The notes beneath the pieces were generated by a model. That model searched no databases, had not been told where the DNA came from, and saw only the letters and a program-made list of their open reading frames with translations. Both the position numbers and the translations under genes were made by a program. From a virus (taxonomy: Duplodnaviria > Caudoviricetes): a DNA stretch of 48,589 bases. Numbering within the stretch: position 1 is the first letter of the stretch; each line of letters begins with the position of its first letter. Positions 9,098 through 17,103 of the stretch are shown one piece after another. Where the stretch lies: positions 1 to 48,589 of IMG/VR virus record IMGVR_UViG_3300025389_000029, one strand, 5' to 3'.

Positions 9098-9669
9098 TAT
9101 TTCTTGATCTTTAGATTGTCAGGATCGTGCATTGTCGCACGGGGATCAATTCTAGGACCATTATTAATCCCTGCATCCCTTGGTGTCAACCCCACTGCTT
9201 CACCTTTTACGGATTGAGCATAACGTCCTGCCAAAATAGATTGCATATTCATCCCTTGGAACCCGCCTTGCGAACCGCCACCCCAGATCGCTGCGTCACC
9301 AGCACGGGCTTCTTGCGGTTGTACTGGCGTTTCTGCGGCTTGCTTTCCTTTACGGGGTCTGCCAGGTCTTTTCTTGGTGGCAAACTTTTCCGCTTCGGCG
9401 TAGTCTTTTTCGCTGAACTTGTTTTTGCGGGAGAGATAACCAGATTGGTTTTCGCCCGGTCTTGTGGACTTAATGTCAGACATATCGAATTCGCTCGCAA
9501 GGGACTTGAGGTGCTTGTCTGCTGCTTTGGACTTGTCCGAAACAAACCCCGGACTCTTGAGAAAAACTTGGAGAATAAATTCACCGTGACACCCCTCTGG
9601 ACATATTGGTTCAAAACCTTCAAAAAAGCCATGATCTTGGCACTTGTAATCTCGTAATATTCTTGCCAT
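9097..9669 (-). CDS. Zinc-ribbon protein with AT-hook-like basic motif
   Basis: DYKCQDHG...CPEGC at the N-terminus and internal KKRPGRPRKGK. Confidence 0.6.
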   Translation of the reverse strand: MARILRDYKCQDHGFFEGFEPICPEGCHGEFILQVFLKSPGFVSDKSKAADKHLKSLASEFDMSDIKSTRPGENQSGYLSRKNKFSEKDYAEAEKFATKKRPGRPRKGKQAAETPVQPQEARAGDAAIWGGGSQGGFQGMNMQSILAGRYAQSVKGEAVGLTPRDAGINNGPRIDPRATMHDPDNLKIKK

Positions 9670-9671
9670 TA

Positions 9672-10097
9672 CTATCCCCTATCTAATTGCTCATCTAACG
9701 TTTCAGAATATTCAGCCTTATTTCTAATGCCTAGTTTTAGTTTAATCTCACCGCCTACTACTTGTAAACCATAACCTCTTGCAAACCTTGGTTTGGGTTC
9801 TTTTCTATAATCAACAAATCTTGTTCTGTCTTTGTTTTGCATTACAACAAGTTCACCATTGAGCCATTGTTTGTATGCTTTTGATACTCTGCGTTGAACA
9901 ATCTCTGACATTTCATGCTTTTCGTAAATGAAAATCATCGCCATGTTTTCGCGGGTTAAACCTGCTATTTCAGCAAAGTGTTCAAGTGAAATGCCACGAT
10001 TTTTGTCAGCAAAGAACCGTTTCATAATCCGCATGAGTTCGGATTTAGGCAGCACTTCCTCCGTATATCCCGATCTTCTTGAGATAGTCTGAGACAT
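9672..10097 (-). CDS. Hypothetical protein with possible HTH
   Basis: GISLEHFAEIAGLTRENM resembles a helix-turn-helix; start uncertain. Confidence 0.55.
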   Translation of the reverse strand: MSQTISRRSGYTEEVLPKSELMRIMKRFFADKNRGISLEHFAEIAGLTRENMAMIFIYEKHEMSEIVQRRVSKAYKQWLNGELVVMQNKDRTRFVDYRKEPKPRFARGYGLQVVGGEIKLKLGIRNKAEYSETLDEQLDRG

Positions 10098-11814
10098 TTT
10101 TTCCTACTCCTATTTCTTCCGGTGTAAGTTCTTCCTGCTTTTTGGAAATCTCGCGTGTGATCCGTCTTGCAATGAGTTGCGGTTGAACCTGTTCTGCAAA
10201 TGCCGCAGCAGCCAATGCAGATGCAATGACACGGTCATCCTTGTTACGCCCTGTCGCTTCAATGGAGCCTCCATCACGAACAACGGTTTTCATTTCATCA
10301 ATGGTATCCATGTCCCGAATAACCATCATGTTGCGCTCAAAGTAATCTTTCATGTAGGTTAGCATCCGCTCTTTTGTCGCAGAGGTTGTCAGCCAACCAA
10401 TGCTTTGAGACATACCGCCCAAACTGTCGTTCTTGCGCCAGATGTAGTTGGTCATCGAACCATAGACGTTCATCAAGTCTGATCCTGCTTGTCCACCCAT
10501 AGCACTTGCCTGACGCTTCAAGTTGCGAATCTCGTTAATGACAGCTTGCCCAGGACCATTGACTTCAAGGTTCAGCGTAGAGTTCTTGTACGCACCTGCA
10601 AGGTGAGCAATCACCCACGCAAACTGGTAAGTGTTCATCTCACTTGTTGCAAACGCTGCAACCTGCTCTAAACCGTCAGCATAGGCTCTGTAGACCTGAA
10701 TACAGAAGCGGTCAGCCCAATCACTCGACCCATACGCAGGATCGGCTCCTATGACGTAATAAGCGGTGTCAATAGGTTCTTCCCAAACCTTTAAGGTAGC
10801 CAGTCGTTCGGTGGACTTCAGCACGTTCGTGTCTTGAAAGTTTGCACCCATCGAATAGCGGTAGTAGTCAGGACGATCCTTCTTGGCATCTTTCATTGCA
10901 TCCGTGCATCGAGCGTTAGAAAAGAAAGAAGTGCCAGTCATTACAAAAGCATAGTCCTCAGTAGGCGGAAACTCCTGATACATGAGGCTATCGTCTTTAA
11001 TGCCTTCGTAGAGTTTCCATCGCCACCAAGCCATCTGACGAGAGTTGATTTCTACGTTGTAGAGTTTTTTAATGTCGCGTGTCCACTCTTTTTCTTCTGG
11101 TGTAAGTTTGCCATCCCAATAAACCTTGTAGGTGTCACCAGTCGGGTCTAGTGTGTACATCTCATTGCGCCACCAGCCACAAAAGATTGCACGCTGGGTT
11201 CTGGCACGTTTGCTTGTGGCATACATATCGTGGAACATATTAAAGCCACGCGCAGTAGATTCAAAGATGTAGAGCCTCAAAGGATTGGTTTCAGCAAGAG
11301 AAGCAAGCAATGATGCTAAACCTTCTTCGTCACCCCATGAAGATGTTTCTGTTCCATGCAAAAAGGTAATCGCTTTGCCTCGACCAAGTGAACCTTTGGC
11401 GCGTAATCCCGCCACCTGATAAAACAAGCGACTGCGGTTCTTCAGCGATAGTTGTGTTCTGTTGTGAGCAAGCAAAGGGATGCGATACTCTTTTGGCAAC
11501 CCCTCCATGTACATCGAAAGAGTCGAGCGAAACATATCTCTGTTTTCTTCTGTATCAGTCACCAATGTGCCTTGCAGACCTGGATTGATAAAGTGCCAGT
11601 ACAAGTCGAGCGCAAGAGAGATTGTGGTAATGCCAAGTTGCCGACCCTTGAGGATAGTAAAGAAGTGAACACCTTCCTCTAACCCCTTAGCAATCTCATT
11701 CATCACATAGGTCTGTGTACCCAAAGGCTTGCCCATCTTCATCAAGCCACGCTCTTTTGTCTCAATCTTGAGTTCAGAACAAAAACGATAAAACTGCTTG
11801 AGATTAAAATCCAT
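10045..11814 (-). CDS. terL: Terminase large subunit
   Basis: Walker A ILKGRQLGIT, Walker B-like FLHGTE, coupling motif ESTARG, nuclease motifs IGADPAYG, LEVNGPG and KDDRV. Start placed at MDFNLKQF. Confidence 0.92.
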   Translation of the reverse strand: MDFNLKQFYRFCSELKIETKERGLMKMGKPLGTQTYVMNEIAKGLEEGVHFFTILKGRQLGITTISLALDLYWHFINPGLQGTLVTDTEENRDMFRSTLSMYMEGLPKEYRIPLLAHNRTQLSLKNRSRLFYQVAGLRAKGSLGRGKAITFLHGTETSSWGDEEGLASLLASLAETNPLRLYIFESTARGFNMFHDMYATSKRARTQRAIFCGWWRNEMYTLDPTGDTYKVYWDGKLTPEEKEWTRDIKKLYNVEINSRQMAWWRWKLYEGIKDDSLMYQEFPPTEDYAFVMTGTSFFSNARCTDAMKDAKKDRPDYYRYSMGANFQDTNVLKSTERLATLKVWEEPIDTAYYVIGADPAYGSSDWADRFCIQVYRAYADGLEQVAAFATSEMNTYQFAWVIAHLAGAYKNSTLNLEVNGPGQAVINEIRNLKRQASAMGGQAGSDLMNVYGSMTNYIWRKNDSLGGMSQSIGWLTTSATKERMLTYMKDYFERNMMVIRDMDTIDEMKTVVRDGGSIEATGRNKDDRVIASALAAAAFAEQVQPQLIARRITREISKKQEELTPEEIGVGKNVSDYLKKIGIYGGSAA

Positions 11815-12022
11815 CAACATTCCATTTGGCAATCTTGTTTCGGTGCTCCTCAGACCTAGCACATGAGATCAATTCTCTGTATTGCAAGTCAGAGTATCTC
11901 TCACGCCACTGAGCAGCCAGTTTAATCTTCTGTTTCTTTGTCTTGCACTTAATCGCAAGCTGCATCTGGAGTTTAAAGTCCAGACGCGTAGCCCTCAATC
12001 TCTCAATGTCGAGACTGGTCAT
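11804..12022 (-). CDS. Small basic hypothetical protein
   Basis: 72 aa from ATG 12022; overlaps both neighbours in the operon. Confidence 0.6.
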   Translation of the reverse strand: MTSLDIERLRATRLDFKLQMQLAIKCKTKKQKIKLAAQWRERYSDLQYRELISCARSEEHRNKIAKWNVDGF

Positions 12023-12230
12023 AAGACGAAAGCGTGGCTCTAAGGTTATCAATCTCTTGTTGAGCAAGCATCAATAGCCTAGACGATTCACCATGCACCC
12101 GAATGAGTTCTTTGAATAAGCCAATCTTATCCATCGCCCACACCCGATCTAAGTACGCACGTTTATCAGCGTCCCCAGCCTTAGCAATAAACTCCTCAAT
12201 ACTGTCCTGACCATTGGTTTGCGTATCCAT
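12003..12230 (-). CDS. Hypothetical protein
   Basis: 75 aa; ATG coupled to the upstream TGA (TGATG). Confidence 0.6.
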   Translation of the reverse strand: MDTQTNGQDSIEEFIAKAGDADKRAYLDRVWAMDKIGLFKELIRVHGESSRLLMLAQQEIDNLRATLSSYDQSRH

Positions 12231-12448
12231 CACGCTACCCGCCACACACGAACACCACCCTCAACCTGTCGAGCAGTGAATTTCCATCCCAACGCCTTCC
12301 CAATACGCCAATTGGAATTGGAAATGGTTTGCATCTTCCCTTCCGGTACTAAGAAACTATCACCTACTTCCATATCTTTGTATGGTAAAGCGTTCTTCTT
12401 AGTTGATGCTATTGGTACATCTTTATCTATTGCTAATCTATTGAACAT
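12230..12448 (-). CDS. Small putative DNA-binding phage protein
   Basis: 72 aa with IDKDVPI..Y..MEVGDSF....F..R...GGVRVWR, a recurrent small phage protein pattern; GGGAG RBS. Confidence 0.7.
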   Translation of the reverse strand: MFNRLAIDKDVPIASTKKNALPYKDMEVGDSFLVPEGKMQTISNSNWRIGKALGWKFTARQVEGGVRVWRVA

Positions 12449-12479
12449 ATACATCTCCCATAAAGCAAACATAATACAT

Positions 12480-12930
12480 CAAAAGATGAAAAACCTATTT
12501 TTTTTTGGGGGGAAATCGGAGTGGGGCACCCTCCCACAGCATGCCAAACCCAAGCCATGACCACTCACCACGCATGAGCTGCGAGCGTAGGCGTGTATCG
12601 TGCATAGAGTAACGTGTCCATAGCCCAATAGAGTATATACATTAGGTATATCCGGATATATATATAGTCTAGTAGTTCATAGTCCCTTACCCGATTAGGG
12701 TAGAGGGGAGAGAGTAGGTGATCTGTCCCCATTTATGACGAACAATTAGCCAGGTTAAATATATAAAACCCCTGTATAAATTTATACTTTTTTTTATATT
12801 CCTGTATATATATATATATAGTATATAAACTACATGATTCCTAAATTTAACTTACCTTATGTACCTATTAGATAAAAACTATCGCTCAATAGCTATTGAT
12901 TAAAATAAATGTGTATGAAATATGCAATAT
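12480..12930. other. AT-rich divergent intergenic region (candidate genome end / packaging / control region)
   Basis: No credible ORF. It has TA runs, the palindrome TATATCCGGATATA and a T9G6 tract, and separates the leftward late from the rightward early genes. Confidence 0.5.
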
Positions 12931-12934
12931 ATGC

Positions 12935-12963
12935 TTGACAGCATATTAGTGCTAAATTATGAT
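12935..12963 (+). promoter_or_regulatory. Strong sigma70 early promoter
   Basis: TTGACA (12935-12940), 17 nt, TATGAT (12958-12963). Confidence 0.8.
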
Positions 12964-13014
12964 TCATATATGCGCTGCGGAATGTGGTGCAAACCTAATT
13001 TAAAGGGGTATCAA

Positions 13015-13191
13015 ATGAAAACAGTTAATAAAACAGCATTAGAAAAGGCAATTAAGAACGCATTAGAAGAAAATTCTTTAACAACATCAAATGAATTTAT
13101 TTTTGCTTGCCAGTGGTATTACAAGGCATTGACAGAAACGACAATTACCAAAAAATACATTTTACATTTTGTTTCTAACAACATTCTCTAA
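13015..13191 (+). CDS. Early hypothetical protein (58 aa)
   Basis: AGGGGT RBS before ATG 13015; the longer start in the track lies upstream of the promoter. Confidence 0.65.
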   Translation: MKTVNKTALEKAIKNALEENSLTTSNEFIFACQWYYKALTETTITKKYILHFVSNNIL

Positions 13192-13230
13192 CTAGCATTT
13201 TTCCTAAACTAACTTATAAAGGGTTGCAGC

Positions 13231-13377
13231 ATGAAATATAAAATAGTAAATATTTATGCGGGTTTTCAGAATTGCTACGGTGATTTACGTTGGCGAGTAA
13301 TGAAAGGCAATAATTTCATTAAAGCATTTAAGACAAGAGCCAATGCTAGGGCATTCGTGAAGGAGTTAGCACAATGA
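13231..13377 (+). CDS. Early hypothetical protein (48 aa, MKYKIVNIYAG...VKELAQ)
   Basis: Translated by hand; AAGGG RBS; ATGA overlap with the next gene. Confidence 0.65.
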   Translation: MKYKIVNIYAGFQNCYGDLRWRVMKGNNFIKAFKTRANARAFVKELAQ

Positions 13378-13580
13378 GAGTTTTTACAAACAATCAAATT
13401 GAAATCGACGGCAAACAAACAGGCTACGCTGTCTATCAAAAAGACAATGGAACGGTGGTTTATCACCACGCTACTAGCCAAGAGATTGTTATGCCAATGA
13501 CACGTTATGCACTGTCAACGCATGACGGTCGAGCTTTGTTTAAACGTCATTTTTTAGACTCAATCAAAAATATTCTCTAA
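13374..13580 (+). CDS. Early hypothetical protein
   Basis: 68 aa, AAGGAG RBS. Confidence 0.7.
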   Translation: MRVFTNNQIEIDGKQTGYAVYQKDNGTVVYHHATSQEIVMPMTRYALSTHDGRALFKRHFLDSIKNIL

Positions 13581-13632
13581 TCAAACACTAAGGGGATTCC
13601 TAATCTCCCCGTCACTTACTAGGGGTTACATC

Positions 13633-13890
13633 ATGATTGCAATTCACACAAAATGCTTACCTGCTAACAATGTTCGTGGATCACGTATTAAGGCATACAC
13701 CAGCTCAGGTTTCACAGCCACCATTACTTATCCTCACGCTGAGTCATACGAATTAGCACACTTTCAAGCTGTCAAAGAATTAGTAAAAAAACATAACCTT
13801 GACTGGAATTTTGACAATATGCGCTATGGTGACAGCGCAGACGGTAAAGGCTATGTGTTTTGTTTCGATCATTCAGTTGTAGGGGCTTAA
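13633..13890 (+). CDS. Early hypothetical protein
   Basis: 85 aa with AI.TK.LP..N.RGSRIKA...GYVF, a recurrent phage early-gene pattern; AGGGG RBS. Confidence 0.75.
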   Translation: MIAIHTKCLPANNVRGSRIKAYTSSGFTATITYPHAESYELAHFQAVKELVKKHNLDWNFDNMRYGDSADGKGYVFCFDHSVVGA

Positions 13891-13891
13891 C

Positions 13892-14170
13892 ATGAAAGTC
13901 ACTGTAATTATCAAAGATAAAACAGAGCAATTCTTTACGGGCTTTGGTGACAGCATTATCGGATTGAACAACTTAGACGATAAAGAAAAGTTTGATTATC
14001 TTTTGAATAAAGGTGTAGAGCCTCACTCCGGCATTACAACAAAGATAGGCAACGGATCATTCAGAGACCGTGTAGAGCTTAACCAGTTACGTAGAAAATG
14101 CCCACGCTTTGACTACAAACTGGAAAACCGTAAAGGCTACAAACTCGTTACTTTTGAGGTGGCAGCATGA
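13892..14170 (+). CDS. Early hypothetical protein
   Basis: 92 aa, AGGGG RBS. Confidence 0.7.
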   Translation: MKVTVIIKDKTEQFFTGFGDSIIGLNNLDDKEKFDYLLNKGVEPHSGITTKIGNGSFRDRVELNQLRRKCPRFDYKLENRKGYKLVTFEVAA

Positions 14171-14343
14171 AAACAGACGTTAGATTTTTTGTAGTTGATT
14201 ATAAACAAGATGATGCACCTTTGATTGAGGTGTCAGAACAAGAGTTTTTAGAATACGAAGGCTTTATTTTTTATGAACGTCATACAGTAAGAGAAAATGG
14301 CGTAAATCAAATTTGTTTAACTAAAGGACCGGATCATGCTTAA
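14167..14343 (+). CDS. Early hypothetical protein (58 aa, MKTDVRFFVVDY...)
   Basis: Translated by hand; GAGGT RBS; ATGA overlap. Confidence 0.65.
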   Translation: MKTDVRFFVVDYKQDDAPLIEVSEQEFLEYEGFIFYERHTVRENGVNQICLTKGPDHA

Positions 14344-14431
14344 CACTATCAAAGAATACGTCTACATGGCTTTGTTCATGCTTGCCATGTTGCCACTGGT
14401 CTACTGGTTTGCTGTCGAATTAACTAACTAA
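14336..14431 (+). CDS. 31-aa single-pass membrane peptide
   Basis: MLNTIKEYVYMALFMLAMLPLVYWFAVELTN; AAGGA RBS. Confidence 0.55.
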   Translation: MLNTIKEYVYMALFMLAMLPLVYWFAVELTN

Positions 14432-14453
14432 CTTTTCCTAATAGGGGTACACC

Positions 14454-14615
14454 ATGTATTGCATTGAAATAAAAAAATCAATTGACGATGACGATTACAC
14501 ACAAATAAGCCTATTTGACAAAGACGGGTTTTGTATGTCTTACAGCGGGTTTGGCACTTGGGCAGCACTCACATTATTAGATGAACACTCAATAGACGTT
14601 AGGGGCACAAAATGA
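14454..14615 (+). CDS. Early acidic hypothetical protein (53 aa)
   Basis: MYCIEIKKSIDDDDY...; AGGGGT RBS. Confidence 0.6.
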   Translation: MYCIEIKKSIDDDDYTQISLFDKDGFCMSYSGFGTWAALTLLDEHSIDVRGTK

Positions 14616-14695
14616 CAGCATACGAGCAAGGTTATCAGGATTCAATAATGCACGTTTTATTGCACTATGTTGTTATTCGTAGAGCGGAGGGTTAA
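14612..14695 (+). CDS. 27-aa peptide (MTAYEQGYQD...)
   Basis: AGGGG RBS; ATGA overlap. Confidence 0.5.
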   Translation: MTAYEQGYQDSIMHVLLHYVVIRRAEG

Positions 14696-14698
14696 ACC

Positions 14699-14869
14699 AT
14701 GCAAACAATACAAACACCTAAAACACTGTTTAGCGATATTGTGAAAGTACAAGATATTGTCAAAAAATGTACCAATGATGATTCAGACTGGTTTTATAAA
14801 GTTGAGTCTTTCGGAAAATATTTTGCTGTTGGTATTTATGATGATGTAGGTTTGATAGGTTATATGTAA
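14699..14869 (+). CDS. Early hypothetical protein (56 aa)
   Basis: MQTIQTPKTLF...; GGAGG RBS. Confidence 0.6.
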   Translation: MQTIQTPKTLFSDIVKVQDIVKKCTNDDSDWFYKVESFGKYFAVGIYDDVGLIGYM

Positions 14870-14878
14870 TTGCCAATA

Positions 14879-14917
14879 CCCCTAGAATCAATTTAAACGG
14901 CTCTAGGGGCTTTTTTT
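14879..14917 (+). terminator. Rho-independent terminator candidate
   Basis: CCCCTAGA...TCTAGGGG stem followed by C and T7; the loop is long (15 nt). Confidence 0.6.
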
Positions 14918-14935
14918 AATCATAGGGGTATCTTT

Positions 14936-15088
14936 ATGTCAAAATTATTTATAGCGTCTCTAATCGCTTTATTTACAGTTTCAGTCTATGCAAGCTGTAT
15001 CGGTCAATCTATTGTCGGTAGTGATGGGGTTATCAAATACTGTCAGACTTGTTGCGTCAATAATCAATGCGTCACAATCTGTAATTAA
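14936..15088 (+). CDS. Secreted Cys-rich mini-protein (50 aa)
   Basis: MSKLFIASLIALFTVSVYA-SCIGQSIVGSDGVIKYCQTCCVNNQCVTICN: signal-peptide-like N-terminus, six Cys, AGGGGT RBS. Confidence 0.7.
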   Translation: MSKLFIASLIALFTVSVYASCIGQSIVGSDGVIKYCQTCCVNNQCVTICN

Positions 15089-15114
15089 ATTCTAATTTTT
15101 TATTGGGGATCAAT

Positions 15115-15402
15115 ATGCAAATTGAATTAGCACTGGCTAGAAACACTGATCCAGAAACCTCTCATATAAGCGCAAATTCCGTACACGCGCGTGTACCGAC
15201 ACTTGAGAGCATGGTTTTGGAATTTTTGAAGTCTCGTGGGGACACTGGAGGAACAACAGAGGAAATTGCTTTGGCTCTAAATCTGGATCGAGTGACAATC
15301 AGCCCCAGGATGAAACCCCTTATGTTAAAGGGACAAGTGATCCAAATGGGTAGACGGTCAGGTAAGTCTAATAAACCCGCTATTGTATGGGGGGTGAAAT
15401 GA
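15115..15402 (+). CDS. Winged-helix DNA-binding protein
   Basis: ARNTDPETSH motif, then GGTTEEIALALNLDRVTISPRMKPL and a wing ending AIVW. Confidence 0.7.
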   Translation: MQIELALARNTDPETSHISANSVHARVPTLESMVLEFLKSRGDTGGTTEEIALALNLDRVTISPRMKPLMLKGQVIQMGRRSGKSNKPAIVWGVK

Positions 15403-15632
15403 ACGAACGTATAAAAGAATTAGCTGAACAAACGGGTCTCGCATATAGGTTAAGCAATGGCAAGTATTGGATTGATGCCGGAGAGGTTGATATACACCTC
15501 GAACGCTTTGCAGAATTAATCAGGCAAGACGAGCGTGAAGCGTGTGCGAATTTGTGTGATGAAAATGAACGTGCAAATTTATATGGCGTTAAAGAATGTG
15601 CGGCAGCAATCAGAGCAAGGGGTGTGAAATGA
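15399..15632 (+). CDS. Hypothetical phage protein
   Basis: MNERIKELAEQ...LERFAELIR..EREACA..C...CAAAIRARG pattern; ATGA coupling. Confidence 0.75.
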   Translation: MNERIKELAEQTGLAYRLSNGKYWIDAGEVDIHLERFAELIRQDEREACANLCDENERANLYGVKECAAAIRARGVK

Positions 15633-15967
15633 CTGACAAAGAACTTCTGGAGTATGCGGCTAAGGCTGCGGGGTATAAGGTCAATAAATCCCCAATAAGC
15701 GGAAGGATGTATATAAGTTCTGGTGTATCTCAATGGGAGGAATGGAATCCACTAACCGATGACGCACAGGCTTTGCGCTTGGCTGTGAAGTTAAGGTTTG
15801 ATGTTGATGTAAGTGATCGCAATAATAAACACACATTCGTATTCAACTCAAAAACATTCGAAGTAACGATCAAAGTACACAATGACGACCCCTACGCAGC
15901 AACACGCAGAGCAATCGTTCGTGCAGCGGCAGAGGTTGGTAAGGCAGGGGAATCAAATGAACCGTAA
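15629..15967 (+). CDS. Hypothetical phage protein
   Basis: MTDKELLE.AAKAAG...WNPL.DD..ALRLAVKL...AATRRAIVRAAAE.GK pattern; ATGA coupling. Confidence 0.75.
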   Translation: MTDKELLEYAAKAAGYKVNKSPISGRMYISSGVSQWEEWNPLTDDAQALRLAVKLRFDVDVSDRNNKHTFVFNSKTFEVTIKVHNDDPYAATRRAIVRAAAEVGKAGESNEP

Positions 15968-16613
15968 ACTATTACAACAAGCATTAACCGTTTTAAAAGA
16001 CTGGGATGCGTTGATTAAACACCAATACAGCGGCAGTAGTGAAGCAATGACGGATATGCAACACGCTGCATGGAATACGGTGGATGCTATTAAAGCCCTT
16101 GAAGCAGAGTTAGCCAAGCCTGAGCAAGATTACATCAAACAATTAGAAGATGGATTTCGCAAACAGCTTGATGAATTATCTGAGCGTAACTACAAATTGA
16201 AATTTGAACTCGCAGATATAAAGTTAGACAAGATTGATAAGTTTGACGCACAGCCTGAGCAAGACCACGGATTTGACCGCACAGCATCACACATGGCAAG
16301 TGAGTATGTGGATACTGCGGAGCAAGAGCCTGTTGCGTGGATGCTTGATTTTATAGATGACGGGTTTGAAGTAAAGGATCATGTTGTGACAAAACCTGAA
16401 CATATCGGAGCAGGGTATAACGTCAGAACACTATACACATCGCCACCATGTAAAGAGCCTGTTGCGACAGTAACAAAAATTATGCATAACGGAACGTATT
16501 ACGAGGGTTATTTTGATTCTCACATCAGACTTAAGGTTGGCACAAAGCTCTACACATCACCACCACGCAAGGAATGGGTCTGTAAAAAATGCGGAGAAAT
16601 CAATGATAAATGA
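15957..16613 (+). CDS. Mosaic hypothetical protein with PEQ / EPVA / LYTSPP repeats
   Basis: 218 aa from ATG 15957 (AGGGG RBS); internal repeats visible at both DNA and protein level. Confidence 0.7.
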   Translation: MNRKLLQQALTVLKDWDALIKHQYSGSSEAMTDMQHAAWNTVDAIKALEAELAKPEQDYIKQLEDGFRKQLDELSERNYKLKFELADIKLDKIDKFDAQPEQDHGFDRTASHMASEYVDTAEQEPVAWMLDFIDDGFEVKDHVVTKPEHIGAGYNVRTLYTSPPCKEPVATVTKIMHNGTYYEGYFDSHIRLKVGTKLYTSPPRKEWVCKKCGEINDK

Positions 16614-17103
16614 ACTACTTAACGTAATAACTTACGATAAAGAAACTGGTATTTTTTGCTGGAATGAATCAGCTTCGCCAAGGATGATTGGCAAAAATGC
16701 TGGAACGATTGATAAAGAAGGCTATGTAATTATTGGTTTTAACAAGAAAAAATATAAAGCACATAGATTGGCATGGTTGATTTCATTTGGTGAGTTTCCA
16801 AAAAATGAAATAGACCATATTGATGGAAATAAACAAAATAATCGTATTGAAAATTTGCGTGATGTTTCAAGATCAATAAACCAATCAAATATTATTCAGC
16901 CACAAAGTGTTAACAAACTAGGTCTGCGCGGGGTATGCAAACATAGAAATAAATTTATGGCTGATATAAAAGTCAATGGTAAGAAAATATATCTTGGTGT
17001 GTTTGATACCGCAGAGCTTGCTCAATCAGCTTATTTGCAAGCAAAAAACAAATATCACGCCCGTGCCATCGAAGCCAAACTAAAGGAAAAAAATGGATTT
17101 TGA
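16603..17103 (+). CDS. HNH homing endonuclease with AP2-like C-terminal domain
   Basis: YD.ETG.F.W, AHRLAW, IDHIDGNKQNNRIENLR, GLRGV...IYLGVFDT.E.A..AY; AT-rich relative to flanks. Confidence 0.9.
   Translation: MINELLNVITYDKETGIFCWNESASPRMIGKNAGTIDKEGYVIIGFNKKKYKAHRLAWLISFGEFPKNEIDHIDGNKQNNRIENLRDVSRSINQSNIIQPQSVNKLGLRGVCKHRNKFMADIKVNGKKIYLGVFDTAELAQSAYLQAKNKYHARAIEAKLKEKNGF

Noticed and set aside
12640-12830. CRISPR array or iteron array
   Set aside because: Only simple TA runs; no regularly spaced repeat-spacer units.
12922-13014. N-terminal extension of the first early ORF given in the track
   Set aside because: It overlaps the TTGACA/TATGAT promoter; the RBS supports ATG 13015.
16581-17058. 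Group I intron carrying the HNH
   Set aside because: The insert is almost wholly coding, with no room for a catalytic core and no recognisable P7 elements.
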